32,000 bases of DNA, from contig BAAFSQ010000060.1 in NCBI GenBank assembly GCA_054661495.1, positions 16,273 through 48,272 of the forward strand. Direction: 5' to 3'. The number at the start of each line of letters is the position of its first letter. The stretch's first letter is position 1. Shown one piece after another: positions 1 through 11,506 of this stretch. Source of the DNA: Zygophlyctis sp. KS116 (taxonomy: Eukaryota; Fungi; Chytridiomycota). The notes below the pieces were generated by a model that ran no database searches, was not told the DNA's origin, and saw only the letters and a program-made list of their open reading frames with translations. The position numbers and the translations under genes are program-made.

Positions 1-2003
1 GGTTATTGTCACTGGAGATTTGACAGATGCAAAAAGCCGATTTAAAATGTCGTCTGCTCAGTTTTATCAAGGTATTTAGCTTGTAAATAATTTAGATAGA
101 ATGGCATGATTATCATGAAGCTTTGATGAATGCAGAAATTTTTTCAGTTCCGGACTTTTGGCTCGATCAGAGGGGAAATCACGATTGTTCTGATGTTGCT
201 GAATTTGACCATCCTTCCAATCATTTCAAATCACTTTCTTCTACCAAGAAGGAAGGCTATGCGATTCATCTAAAGAAAAATTATGGAATTTATTTGTTTC
301 TTGGGGTAGATGGTTGTCCAAAATATGGAACAAGAAGGTTTTTAGCTTTTTTTATTTTATAGGCCTTTTAATTTTTTTGGGACTTTAGATCAACAAGATC
401 TCAATTTTATGCAAGATTCAATGATTGCAACTGCTAATCATACATTTGTAATGAGTCATTATCCTTCAGGAACAATGGTTAAGGGGTTGTCATCTACGGG
501 CGCCGATTTCGACTACGTGACCAGAAATGTGTCGGTTTGGTTTTCAGGACATTTGCATAATTTAATTGGTGGGCTGGGAGAGACAATGTATCATCGTAAA
601 CATAATGGATTTCTTGAATTGGAGTTGGGGGATATGAAAGTACACAAGATGTATCGGATAATGACAGTGGATAATGATGTGATTTCATTTAGAGACCTTT
701 CTTTATCAGAAAAGAGTTATGAATCTATGGATCCAATTGTTTTGATAACTTATCCGAAAGATGGTCGATTTTTAACAAAAAATGAACCAAGGACTTTTCT
801 TTTCAAGAATGCATACATACGATTTTTATTATGGGCAGGTGAAAAAAGAGATTTTCAATTTATAATCTCTATTGATGGAGATGTCAAGCCAGATCTTGTT
901 CCGGTGTATGCAGGTGTGGGACATCCCTGGAAGAATAAAACAGTTGTGAGTGGAGAAGAATATGTTCCTCTTTGGACAATAAAGTGGGACCCTACTGAGT
1001 ACAATGACGGACTGACACACACGATGACTATTAAAGTAGATGGTAGTGCAAATTCAGAGTTTTCTCATTCAGCTTCTCATTCTATCAGTTTTAGATACGA
1101 TGGTGATCTCATTGATGATCTAGATTCCGGATCGGGTGGTTTTATAGTTTCGATTGATTTTAATCTGTTGTTTAAGTCACTTTTTTTAACAGGATATATT
1201 TTACTATTTTTTGGACTATTGGTTGTGCCAAAATTGTGGGTAACTTATCTCAAGCAAAGGCGTTCTTATAGACCTTGGAAAACAACGATTTCAAAATGGA
1301 TCTTAAAATCAGAGATGACAAATAAGTCGTCCTTGTATGGATTGATCCAAAGATTCACTTCCAGATGGATTTTAAGATTATGCCACATGGCCTCTGATCA
1401 ATTAACTCTTTGGACTTCATATTTTATCTACGCCAATTGCATAATCTCCCTCCCGTGGTTTTTTGGAGATTTCGTTCCTTCGAGCGAGGATTCATCCAGG
1501 AGATGGGGGTTTTCATTTCTGTATGGAATTTTGTTCTTGGACGGCACATGGATTCCTTTGCTAGATTCTTGGGCTTACTGTAAATATATTTTGCTCAACA
1601 TATAGCGACATTTACTCTTTTTGGCACAATCATCCCCTTTTACCTCTACTTTTCTTGCTGGTACGAGCCTTTAGAACTTTCATCTGACAATATTTCAAGA
1701 GTCCGTCCAATTCATCGGAGATGGTATATATCATTTTTAATAGCTTATCTGTGGCTTTATTCTGCATTAGATATATTCTTTATGCTATTTTATTATGGTA
1801 AATGGGCAGTTTTGATGAATCAAAGAACATGGTTTTTAGTGTTTATCGCTCTAAATCTTTATCGTGCTTGGAGGAATGCGCAATTTACGTCAGTAGATAC
1901 CATAGAAGAACACGAAACTCCTCAAGTTGGGATATCGTTAAGTAGAAAACACGGCACCTCTCCTTCTTCGTACAATCTCAGAAGTCGGACATCATTAAAC
2001 TAA
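1..2003 (+). CDS. TMEM62: TMEM62-like calcineurin-like metallophosphoesterase with C-terminal transmembrane region (5' end outside window)
   Basis: Joining exons across GT-AG introns 72-99, 338-362 and 1580-1605 gives VTGDLTDAK..EW, RGNHD, RRPFNFFG, SHYP, SGHLH and LELELGD motifs, followed by hydrophobic helices. Stop at 2003. Confidence 0.85.
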
Positions 2004-2016
2004 AATATGAACTTTT

Positions 2017-3137
2017 TTATATTCTGTTTGATCGAAGTCTTGATTCCCTAAGAATTGTGTCCACAAGTGCATCATCTTTATCCAAACTAATTTCTTCTGA
2101 GTCTAATATTTCCTTTTTTCCAGAAAAAGTTCCAGAAATGGAAACATCAGATTTCAGATTGCGATTTCCCGACCTGAATCTGATTGGATAGAGTTCATCA
2201 AAACCCCAGGAATTCCCAAATTCTGATAGATCTTGTTCTTCAGCTTCAATTCGCATTGTAAGATCTTCTGGAGTTGCAAAAGGTGATTGTTCAATCTCAT
2301 CCAACATTATATGACAATAAAATCCTGTTTCATTCACCACTGGAGGACTTAAAACAACCACACTTAGATTCTTATTCTGTCCCCATAACCCATTTGGAAC
2401 CTCTATCTTTGGATTAAAACAATTATCTAAATTTAAAAAATCAAACTTACGCAAAAGATCTGGAATCATTGAACGTATTGCATCCTTTCCAGCTTTAGCT
2501 AAGAATCCTGGAATGATCCTTTTTAAAAATACAGATATTAAGCTTGAAAATTTAGAATCTTTTAGTTTGATCTACAATAAGTGCCTTTAAACCTTACATC
2601 CACCTTTTCAAAAGACACATTAAGCGTTTCAATGACTGGAATAATCTGACGATTACTTTGATCATATTTAAACCCCAATTCTGTCTTTATAAAAGATCCA
2701 TTTAGATGTAAATTGATAGCCGAACCTAAAAGACCAACTTTAATTTGACCATGATCCGTTTGTTTAGCATTTGTAAAGCAAAACACGTTGAATTTCAATG
2801 ATAGTCCAATATGTCCGCTACTTAGATACAGTCCATTTATCGTATCATTTGAGACCTGAAAATCCCTACATTTTACTCTATCAAAATTAAAAGAAACGAT
2901 CCCGATTCCAGCAACTTTAAATTCTTGTTGAGGAATTTCTATTTCCAAATGATGAAACATTTGCTTCATTTGCTAACCGTCAGCATAATAATTTACATAA
3001 ATCCATAAAGGATTATATCCATTAAAGAACTCTACCGGCAACGTAAAATTAATTCCATGATCAACTTTATCTGATCCGTTGCCCGATAAGACAACTGACA
3101 CTAACAATACAAAATACAATATTGACAAGTTTAGCAT
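2017..3137 (-). CDS. Secreted protein, possible BPI/LBP/CETP (TULIP) lipid-binding N-terminal-like domain
   Basis: ATG at 3137 followed by signal peptide MLNLSILYFVLLVSVVLSG. Introns 2973-2996 and 2572-2597 join the ORF pieces in frame. The beta-strand pattern resembles BPI by eye only. Confidence 0.55.
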
Positions 3138-3141
3138 TTTA

Positions 3142-3539
3142 TTACTTTTTAAATGCTGATAATGCTAATGCCTTCTAGTGCCCCTACCTCATACGTACAC
3201 AGTTACAAGTGCTTAAGCATTCGCAACCCATTCCCTTTGGTCAGTGACTACAATCTTACTGTTCCTCTACAAGAGCAAAGAGGAGAATGTGATTTAGCAC
3301 CCTTGGCTTTCCCAAGAATCTATAATTACATATTATAAATTTACTTTATCTTCTAATTCTGTCCAATCGGTACTCAATGTCCGAGATCGGACAATACTAT
3401 TTGTAGAAAATGAATTTCTACGATGGCATTCAAAGCATTTACAAGAGCTACGATCACACAAACATGCAGTTTTACAAATGCATTCTAGAGTATCCATTTT
3501 AGGCTGACAGATTTTACAAAAAGTATCGAGATTCTCCAT
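3142..3539 (-). CDS. Small Cys-rich metallothionein-like protein (about 101-107 aa, 15 Cys)
   Basis: The ORF at 3333-3539 extends via 25-nt GT-AG introns 3320-3344 and 3235-3259 into ILGKAKGAKSHSPLCSCRGT-GMGCECLSTCNC. It ends at TAG 3184, or at TAA 3142 if the 24-nt intron 3175-3198 is used. Confidence 0.6.
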
Positions 3540-3612
3540 GTAAAGCTTGTTCCGATGTGCGCAATTCTCTTAAAAGCAGTCACTTGAGCTTGAGGCGTAT
3601 GGCTTTTAAAAA

Positions 3613-4535
3613 ATGTTATTTCAGGTAATCATTGTTCTGGTAATGTTTAGACTCTATTGATTGTAACTGGTTGTAGCGCAAGTGTTTTTCATCAGACTGA
3701 TCTTCCTTCCCAACTCAAGAATGCGTTGGATCCAATCTTTACGAAAAAGGCTGATAAAATTAAGCCGCTATGTGTAATAGATCATTGTGGAAATTTGTTA
3801 GGGAAATGTCTCTTAAGTGAAGGATGTAGATTGACGCTTAATTGTTTTAAGAAATGTACTGCAGAAGATGTGCAATGTAATAATGATTGCTTTTTTGGAT
3901 ACTCTAATCCAATATTTAATCAACTTACAGATTGTTTAATCTCTAATAGTTGTTTACCAGGACTTGTATTATCCTCAGATTCATGTCCTAATAATGGAAA
4001 TATTGATAATCCAAAAAAAGGTTGGGAAAATAAATTATTACTAGGACCAAGTAATAAAGGAAAAGTATATATAGCTCGTGGATGGAATCCAACTTATGAT
4101 TGTGTACCGTGTCAAAAAGCTACTTATACTGGAATTTATGATCCAAATGATGAAAAGATTCAATTATATACTGAATGGACAACTGAAAATGAGGTTGGGC
4201 AAGTTAGATCAGCAAATTATACTCTAGTTCAGACGGGATCTAATACAATGTTGACGAAATATAGTCTTTTTGGAATGAATGTAGAAGAAAATTATTATAT
4301 GCTGGATTGGACAAATGATGGGAAATGGGTCATGTTTTACTATTGTGGCTATGGATTTGGTTCAGAATATCAGGGGGCTCTATTACTTACCACAGAACGC
4401 GAGTTTGATACACTTCCAAGGGAGATTGAATCTAGATTTAACCGGGCAATAGTTTCAGCTGGTCTATCAGATTATTTAGATCCAATGTCTGATTGGTGTA
4501 AGCCTCTGTATAATACACAGTGCAAGTCTTTTTAA
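3613..4535 (+). CDS. Secreted violaxanthin de-epoxidase-like (VDE/VDL family) Cys-rich domain plus lipocalin protein
   Basis: ATG 3613 and intron 3625-3650 give signal peptide MLFQTLLIVTGCSA. Cys spacing CVIDHC..C..C..C..C..CNNDC..C..C matches the VDE Cys-rich domain. GKVYIARGWNPTYDCVPCQ resembles VDE GKWYITSGLNPTFDAFDCQ, and FYYCG..YQGALL resembles VYYRG..YGGAVV. Confidence 0.8.
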
Positions 4536-4599
4536 ATTACTGTTTACGTCATGATATGATAAAATACATCACCCCCTTTCCCTTGATAATTATCAGTCA

Positions 4600-5632
4600 A
4601 TGACCATACATGAGAGATCGGATCTAGATAGAATAGGACTTTTCAGTGAAACATCATATATTTCAACTGGAGAGCCATTTCGTAAAGCTCCTGGTATTTA
4701 AAAATGTTTAACGGTAGATGGATTTTTGGATTATAGAGCAAAAGGAAAACAATTTCAAGTCTTGCCTTCAAAGATTGGTAAGCATGATCCTAATTATAAT
4801 CGGATCTTTGAAGTATGATTTGATTAGATTGATTTTAGAATGAGGCACATTCGGACCTGGTCGTTTTGAGAAGGCGCCACCGACTAAAGGAAAAGGAGAA
4901 GAATATCTCTGCAATCCCATTTAAACCATCTTCTGTACCATCAAAGCCATCTGGTAAAGGATCTCATTGGGGGACTATTGAGCAACAATGGCCAACTTTT
5001 AAGAAATCATATTCATTAAAGCAAGTCGATAAGGAAATTGTTAAGAAACAAACTGTCGAAAATCCTAAAAATGTTGTTACTAGACCACCAAAAAAAGGAT
5101 CTGGGTATGGATATCCAGATGTGACAATCGGAAAACCACCTGAATACTTGTCCGATCCTTTTGATCGTGCGGAATCGTTGCTTCGTAAAGAAAGAGAAGA
5201 AAACAAAAAGAAGACTTTATCAGGTCAGCCATTCATTACATCATCATCAAATTTGGAATTCTTTAACAAATTTATTTGCTTATCTCTTGATGAGAAAGGT
5301 AATTGAATTTTGACTAATATTTAGAATCGGAAAAACCAGGAACAGCTCCAGCAGAAAGTCGCATTGATAAATTACCTTTGATCGTTCCATTTAAGCCTAC
5401 TGCAAGATGTGGATACACTATCAATCCATATCCTTCTTATGAGGCACCTAAATTTCACCCAAAGGAAGAGAGAAGCGCTATCAAGTCTGAAGCTATCTTT
5501 AAACCACCTGGAAAACCTGGAAGTTATCCAATTATGTCAATTACTCAAGCGAATTGTCCTTTGGCTCCTCCAAGTTGGTTAAAGGAAAATCTACGTCATG
5601 TTATTGCAGAATGTGCAGAGAAAACATATTAG
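4600..5632 (+). CDS. CFAP96: Cilia/flagella-associated protein CFAP96 (C4orf47/UPF0602 family)
   Basis: Motifs DLDRIGLFSETSYISTG, GSHWGTI, PPKKGSGYGYPDVTIGK and PYPSY. Introns 4694-4717, 4813-4838 and 5299-5324. Confidence 0.85.
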
Positions 5633-5662
5633 GATCGTTTTTATTGATAAAACATTTAGCTT

Positions 5663-6742
5663 TTATGCTTTGCTGTAATGAATCACTGAAAGAGATTTTA
5701 AACGCTCTGCAGCCTGTTCAGCTGTAATATCTCGTTGAGGCTCTCCCAACATTTCATATCTAGTCGTAAACTTTATAAATTCATACCCAACTAAAAACTT
5801 TTTTACAGTTGCTGATCTTAGCAATGGTGGATAAAAATGAATATGAAAATGAGAATCTAATATTGTGTCACCATGAAAAGGAGCTTGATGTATTCCCATA
5901 GAATAAGGAAAAGAACATTTAAAAAGGTTATCATACTTTATAGTAATGATTGAAAGAATATCCGCCAAATCAATCTTTTCCTTTTCTGAGAAATCTAGCA
6001 ATGAGTGCTTATGAGTTTTTGCCAAAATTAACGTCTCAAATGGCCAAATTGCCCAAAACGGCACTACACAAATATAAGAATCATTCTGATAAACAAGTCT
6101 TGTTTCATCAGTAGTCTCTAAAATCACATAATCACATAGTAAACAAGTCCCATTCTTATCCTTATACTTTTTCAAACAGTTAAACTCTTTCTGTGGTTCA
6201 TCTGGAATTTCTTGAGTAGCCCATAATTGTCCGTGTGGATGCGGATTAGAGCATCCCATAACCGCCCCTTTATTTTCAAACAATTGAACATAATTGAGAG
6301 TATCTTTCAGTTTGATCATTTCACTTATCCATGTATCAACTATAATTTTTATTTCTGAAACAGACATTAGTGCCATTGTCAATGAATGATTTGGAGAGAA
6401 ACAAATTACTCGACAGATTCCACGTACTCCCTTTACACGCAACAGCTTTGATGCTATTTCCAGTTTAGATTTTGAAACAAATTCTTGATCTGGAGAATCC
6501 ATTTGAACGGCTGGAAAATCATTATCAAAAACCCAAGTATGCGAATAATCAGGATTCATATCCAAAGAAATCCTCTTGTTCCTAGGACACAAATAACATT
6601 TTGGATCATGACTTATTGACGGTGCATTTAATACTTCTTCTACTTGCCCCAACCACGGACGGTTTGATCGATGAGGAGAACAAAGCACAAAAGAATCAGT
6701 CAGTGGATTGTATCTTTTATGCGAGTGTTGAGTAAGATCCAT
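5663..6742 (-). CDS. GAL7: Galactose-1-phosphate uridylyltransferase
   Basis: HKRYNPL, RPWLGQ and active-site FENKGAVMGCSNPHPHGQ. Removing the in-frame 27-nt intron 5760-5786 restores KKFLVGYEMLGEPQRD. Confidence 0.97.
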   Translation of the reverse strand: MDLTQHSHKRYNPLTDSFVLCSPHRSNRPWLGQVEEVLNAPSISHDPKCYLCPRNKRISLDMNPDYSHTWVFDNDFPAVQMDSPDQEFVSKSKLEIASKLLRVKGVRGICRVICFSPNHSLTMALMSVSEIKIIVDTWISEMIKLKDTLNYVQLFENKGAVMGCSNPHPHGQLWATQEIPDEPQKEFNCLKKYKDKNGTCLLCDYVILETTDETRLVYQNDSYICVVPFWAIWPFETLILAKTHKHSLLDFSEKEKIDLADILSIITIKYDNLFKCSFPYSMGIHQAPFHGDTILDSHFHIHFYPPLLRSATVKKFLVGYEFIKFTTRYEMLGEPQRDITAEQAAERLKSLSVIHYSKA

Positions 6743-6831
6743 TCTAATATAATCTAGTCTTTTATGGGCAGTGGTGCAACTTACCAGAGGGCAGGTTCAG
6801 GTTATTTTCTTGCGCAAGTTGAAAAGTTACA

Positions 6832-7975
6832 ATGTTTCAAGTCCCATCGACATCAAATTCAGCTCCGACGGGGCCATCGACTTCTGTAAACATTACACTT
6901 CCTCAAGCATCAACTGCCCCTGCTAAAAAACCCAGGAAAAAGAGAGATACATCACATATTTCTACAAAAATTAGAATTTCTGCAAAGAAAACGAAAAAGA
7001 AGAAATTGGATGAGCTACGAGAAGCTCCGATTGAAGATCATATGATTCTAAGATTACCGCCATCTCCTGCAACGCAAGAGTTTAGAAATCTTGTCAAAAA
7101 ACGGCAAATTCCTTTAGGATTCTTTCTTAATTTCTCTGAACCAAGGAAAGCTACCATCAATTTAGGACTAGCAGAAGGTGGCGCTGATCTAAAGGCTAAA
7201 TTGGTTGATTTGCCATGTATTTTGGAGTCTCAAAAGACATTTGATAATAAGCAATTTTATAAAATTGCAGATATTTCACAGGCAAGTTTATACAATTTTT
7301 AATTTTAAGATGTTGATTGTTTCAGATCCGAAATATCCTCATCCTCCTCCGACTCCAACTACAGATAAGATTAATTATCCTGATGGTATAACTCCTCCAA
7401 TGCGTGCTGTTAGAATAAAAAGATTTAGGAAAAGAGTCTCAAAAAAAGTAATAGAAGATGTAGAAAAAGAAGTAGAAAGATTGTTGCAAGCGGATTTAGA
7501 GGCTGAAGATGTGAAATTTGAAATTACTGAACAAAAAGAATTGGATTTAGAAGAAGAATTTTCAAATGCTGATGAGACTGAAGAAAGAACAGAAATTCAT
7601 GATGACGATTTTGCGGCTGAAATTGATGAGGCTTTATATGCTGATGGTGCTGAATCTTCAGAAGAAGAGTCAGAAGATGAAGAGGAAGACTCTCAAGAGG
7701 AAGATGCAGGTGATGATGAAGAAGAAGATGAAGGTGTTGATGGACAAGTGAAGGAACATATTGCTCTGTTGAAGGAAGAGATTTCTGACATTGTGAGGAA
7801 AATTGATGAGAAGAAATCCTTGATAGTTTCTCAAGTCAATCCAATCATTAAAAAGAGATTTGAAGATATTATCACAAGGTTAGAAACAGAGTTGGACTTG
7901 AAAAAAGAACAATTGGATATTGCAAATTTAGAAATTCAGGAAGAACAAGGAGAAGATGATGCGAATCAAGAATAG
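6832..7975 (+). CDS. TAF7: TFIID subunit TAF7 (TAFII55 N-terminal domain, acidic C-terminus)
   Basis: IEDHMILRLP, LVDLPCILESQKTFDNKQFYKIADISQ|MLIV and GITPPMRAVRIKRFRKR. GC-AG intron 7282-7309. Confidence 0.92.
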
Positions 7976-7981
7976 TTTGGT

Positions 7982-10174
7982 TTATATTGGAGTTTTAACG
8001 AGATTGATGTACCACACGGATTTCTTTGATGTAGGGGTAGAGATTTCAGTTTCCCTATATATTATACGTAAAATTGTGGATGTACCCTGATATAATTGCT
8101 CCGCCTCGTAATGGTTTTACGATTCTCCCATTTAGGAAGGGATTTACCAAATTCCTATCTTTATTTAGAGTGCTGAAATCATTGTTTTGAGAGATTTTCA
8201 GTTTTTTTTGAGCTTCTTCCAGTGACTTTTCGAGATTATATATCTTTTCAGTTCTGGAATTCAGCTTCTGCTCTGACAAGGAGACACTCTTCTTCAATTC
8301 CAAATTTTGATCGACTAATTGCTTTTGAATTTTTGACAACTGTTCCAAGCTCTGCTCTAAAAAGTACATTTTTTGCATTTGCTCTTGATCATTGATCACC
8401 TTTGATTCGGATAGCTCATCTGATTCTAAATTTTCTGCTGTTGGTTCAAAAATTGTACTCTGAGATCTATAATATTAAATTTATATTTTCACCTTGATCG
8501 AATCTATTTATATAAGTCATTTTTAAAATACCGATAGATTTTGTATCTCTTCGCTTAAGCTTTTATTCGCATCCTGCAGTGTCCCCAAAAACTGCAGTTG
8601 CTCATTATTGACAGCTCCTACATTCTCAATCTGCTCTTCCAAGGTTTTAACTTGATCTTTAAGTGAGCTATTTTCCTAAAATTATCCAAAATGATCCTAC
8701 ATCAGCCAAAATATCCTTGATTTCCATTATATTTTGCAGCTTGAGTCTTAAATCCTCTAAAACAATATCCTTTTCCCTGAGAAAACTGTCTTTTTCGGCC
8801 AACATATCAGATAACTCATTTTCTCTTCTTAAAAAGAGTTCACGTTCTTCCTCTGATAATGTAGATACAGCAATACTTTCTTCTGTTGATTTTAGTCTAT
8901 CAGAATCTAAAGCCTTAATTTTTGTCCATTGAGTTTCCGGAATATTGCTTCCCATTCTCCATTTCTTGAGTTCGGATTCTAAGCTTTCTGTATATTTTTT
9001 CAATGACAAAAGATCAGTTTGAGCTTCTTTGAGTAGTCTCTTTAGCTCAAGAGGAGGCAATTCGGCATTAATCTTTGCATGATTCTTTATGCATTTTGCA
9101 CGAACTCCAAATCTTAGTGTAGAAATAGTTTCTGATGCATTACAATATGACGGCGAACAATTAACAATGAGTGTAGTTTTAGAATTCCCTCCAATAGAAT
9201 CTTGAAGGAGCCTTGTAAGTTTAGAGTCTCTATATGGTACATGTGCAGACTTTTTATTATTTTAATCTTAATTTACCTTTCCGTCTGTCAAGGAATTGAT
9301 GACATTTCCTAAAGCCGACAAAGACTTGTTAATCTTTTTAGCTTCCTCTAATGTTTGACCACTTGCACCAGTCTTTGAGACTTTTTCTGATCCAGCTAAA
9401 TCAACTAGAAAAAGCTTTCCACTTTTAAAGATCCCATTTTCAATATTTCTTTGAGTCACATTAATTATAAAGATTGCATGACTCCTAGAACTTTCTTCAT
9501 TCATATTAGTAGTAGCAGTTACTCTTCCGGAAAGTCCACTTTTCATTACTTGTAAAACTTCATTTGAAGATGCAGCAAAAACTTGTGTCAGATCTTTTAC
9601 GTAAACTCCTCTTATTTTATCCTCGTGAATAACTAAATTATCTTTTCTAGAATCTAAAAGATCTCTAATTCTTTCCATATAAATTTCCATAAAAGAAACA
9701 TTCACAGTAAATTCTAGATTACTTGAAGAGTTTAAAATAGAATCAAAAATATGGTTTGAGATTCTAGGAATTACACCACGCAGACTATCAGATTCCACGT
9801 CCGGACCCATCATAGTATAAGTCTTTCCAGAACCTGTCTGACCATAACATAATAATGAGCCATTCCATCCATTCAAAACGTCCTTGACTATATGAGCTGC
9901 AGTAGAATTATAAAACTCTAATTGACTCGTGTCTTTCTGAAATACATTATCAAATACAAAATATCCAGAGAAATCACGATACTAATATCAATACCAGCCA
10001 ATTCAAACCTTTATTTGTATTCCGGTTTGATCATCATCAAATTCTAATAAATGGTTTCCTGACTTATCGACCGACTCCTTGTCCGAACAAGGCCTAAATC
10101 GGCAAACAACTTTAATACTATCTTCAGAATTATATGCTGTTATGTATACCTTGATTTGATTTATCTGCCAACAT
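7982..10174 (-). CDS. Kinesin-1 (conventional kinesin heavy chain), about 666 aa with short stalk
   Basis: [10 protein letters not shown]-loop [35 protein letters not shown] and tail RIVKPLRGG. Introns 10122-10149, 9982-10008, 9250-9276, 8676-8700, 8504-8531, 8467-8492 and 8055-8085. Exons sum to 2001 nt. Confidence 0.9.
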
Positions 10175-10389
10175 ACTTATGCCCCGAATATTTATTATTT
10201 GGCACGCCTGGCTAATCTTGATCGGACATGGATGATATTTTTGTCAAAACATTTTTTAGCATGAATATTATTGATTTATTTTAATAGTAATAATTGATGT
10301 TAGCTATTGATCATGCAAATAATTAATCATTCAAATTAAATCATGCAGATCAGCAAGATCAGTAAACTCCTAAACCGATAGCCAAAGAA

Positions 10390-11496
10390 ATGTCAAACGG
10401 CCGCTTTTTAGTCTCAGTTTCAGATCAAGATCGGTTAATCAGACTTGTTGAGAATGGATTTGCTTATCATTCAATGACGATCATCTCTGATAAATCAATG
10501 CAAGACAAATTACAAATAGATCAAGACTTACAAGCATCCTTTGCAACGATTGCATTATCATTAAATGACATTTTAGAAACTGAATTTCTTCAAAAGGCTC
10601 AAAGAGGTTTTTTTTATTTCTGATCAAAAGGGAATATCGTTGCTATTACAAAAGGAAAGCGGATAGATGTCGATGATGTTTTTATTATTACACATTCTGG
10701 TAAATTAATAATGACTGATTCAAGGATATCTCATTTTGCATCTAACAAAAGAAACTTATTACAAGTTGGGATTGATTGGGAAAAAATCCAAATACTCTAA
10801 AAATTCATCAATTTTAAAATATGGTAGTTAAAAAAATACTCATTATCTAAGTCGTTGAAATTAATTTACTAAACTTACATAAATCTAAAGCACAATTAGA
10901 TAGGATCAAATGGTCATTTACAAATGTATTATCATCAACATTTGAATTTTATATTTCTGATATCTCTGGTACTATAGACGGTATTATGCAAGAGAAGACA
11001 TGTAAAATTCAGTCTAATATCAAGAATGCCGTTCAAACTCCAGATTTTTCTAATCTAAACTTGAAAAAGATTCAAAATATTGAAGAAGAAATATTGGATA
11101 TTATTGAATGGTTTGGCATGGTTCAAATTGATTCAGATTGGATTAAAGATGGGGTCATGGCGGATCCTTTTATTAGTGTTTATTCACCACCCTTGAATTC
11201 ATCTGTCAAGGATTTATCAGTAATTGAATCTGTTGGACTTATTCATCCATCCAAAGCAGCTCAAATGGTAAAACATATCTTGTAAGAATAGTGATTTTAT
11301 TTAAATTAGAGAAATTATGGATGGAAATTGGTTCATATTATCAATGATTGGATTTAGAGATTCTCCGATTTCATGGAATCATCAGGAACATGGATATTTA
11401 TACACTGGAGAGAACGATCTTGTTGTAATCGGACATAAAAATGAACTTTTGACGGCGCAAGTCGTTGGATCGCATGAAAGAGGTCTGAAGTTTTGA
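10390..11496 (+). CDS. RPP40: RNase P/MRP protein subunit p40
   Basis: GYLILHLTKETYYKLGLIG, IIEWFG, DPFISVY and GFRDSPISW..EHG. Introns 10607-10630, 10700-10724, 10824-10851 and 11282-11309. Confidence 0.8.
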
Positions 11497-11506
11497 TTAA
11501 ATAAAA

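Noticed and set aside
2560-2585. Apparent GC-AG intron in the BPI-like gene
   Set aside because: A canonical 26-nt GT-AG intron (2572-2597) gives the same downstream frame.
3140-3335. Possible structured ncRNA or SECIS (hairpin cttgggaaagccaagg on the minus strand) and plus-strand ORF 3153-3338
   Set aside because: No snRNA, snoRNA, RNase P/MRP or SECIS consensus was found. The region is better explained as exons of the Cys-rich gene.
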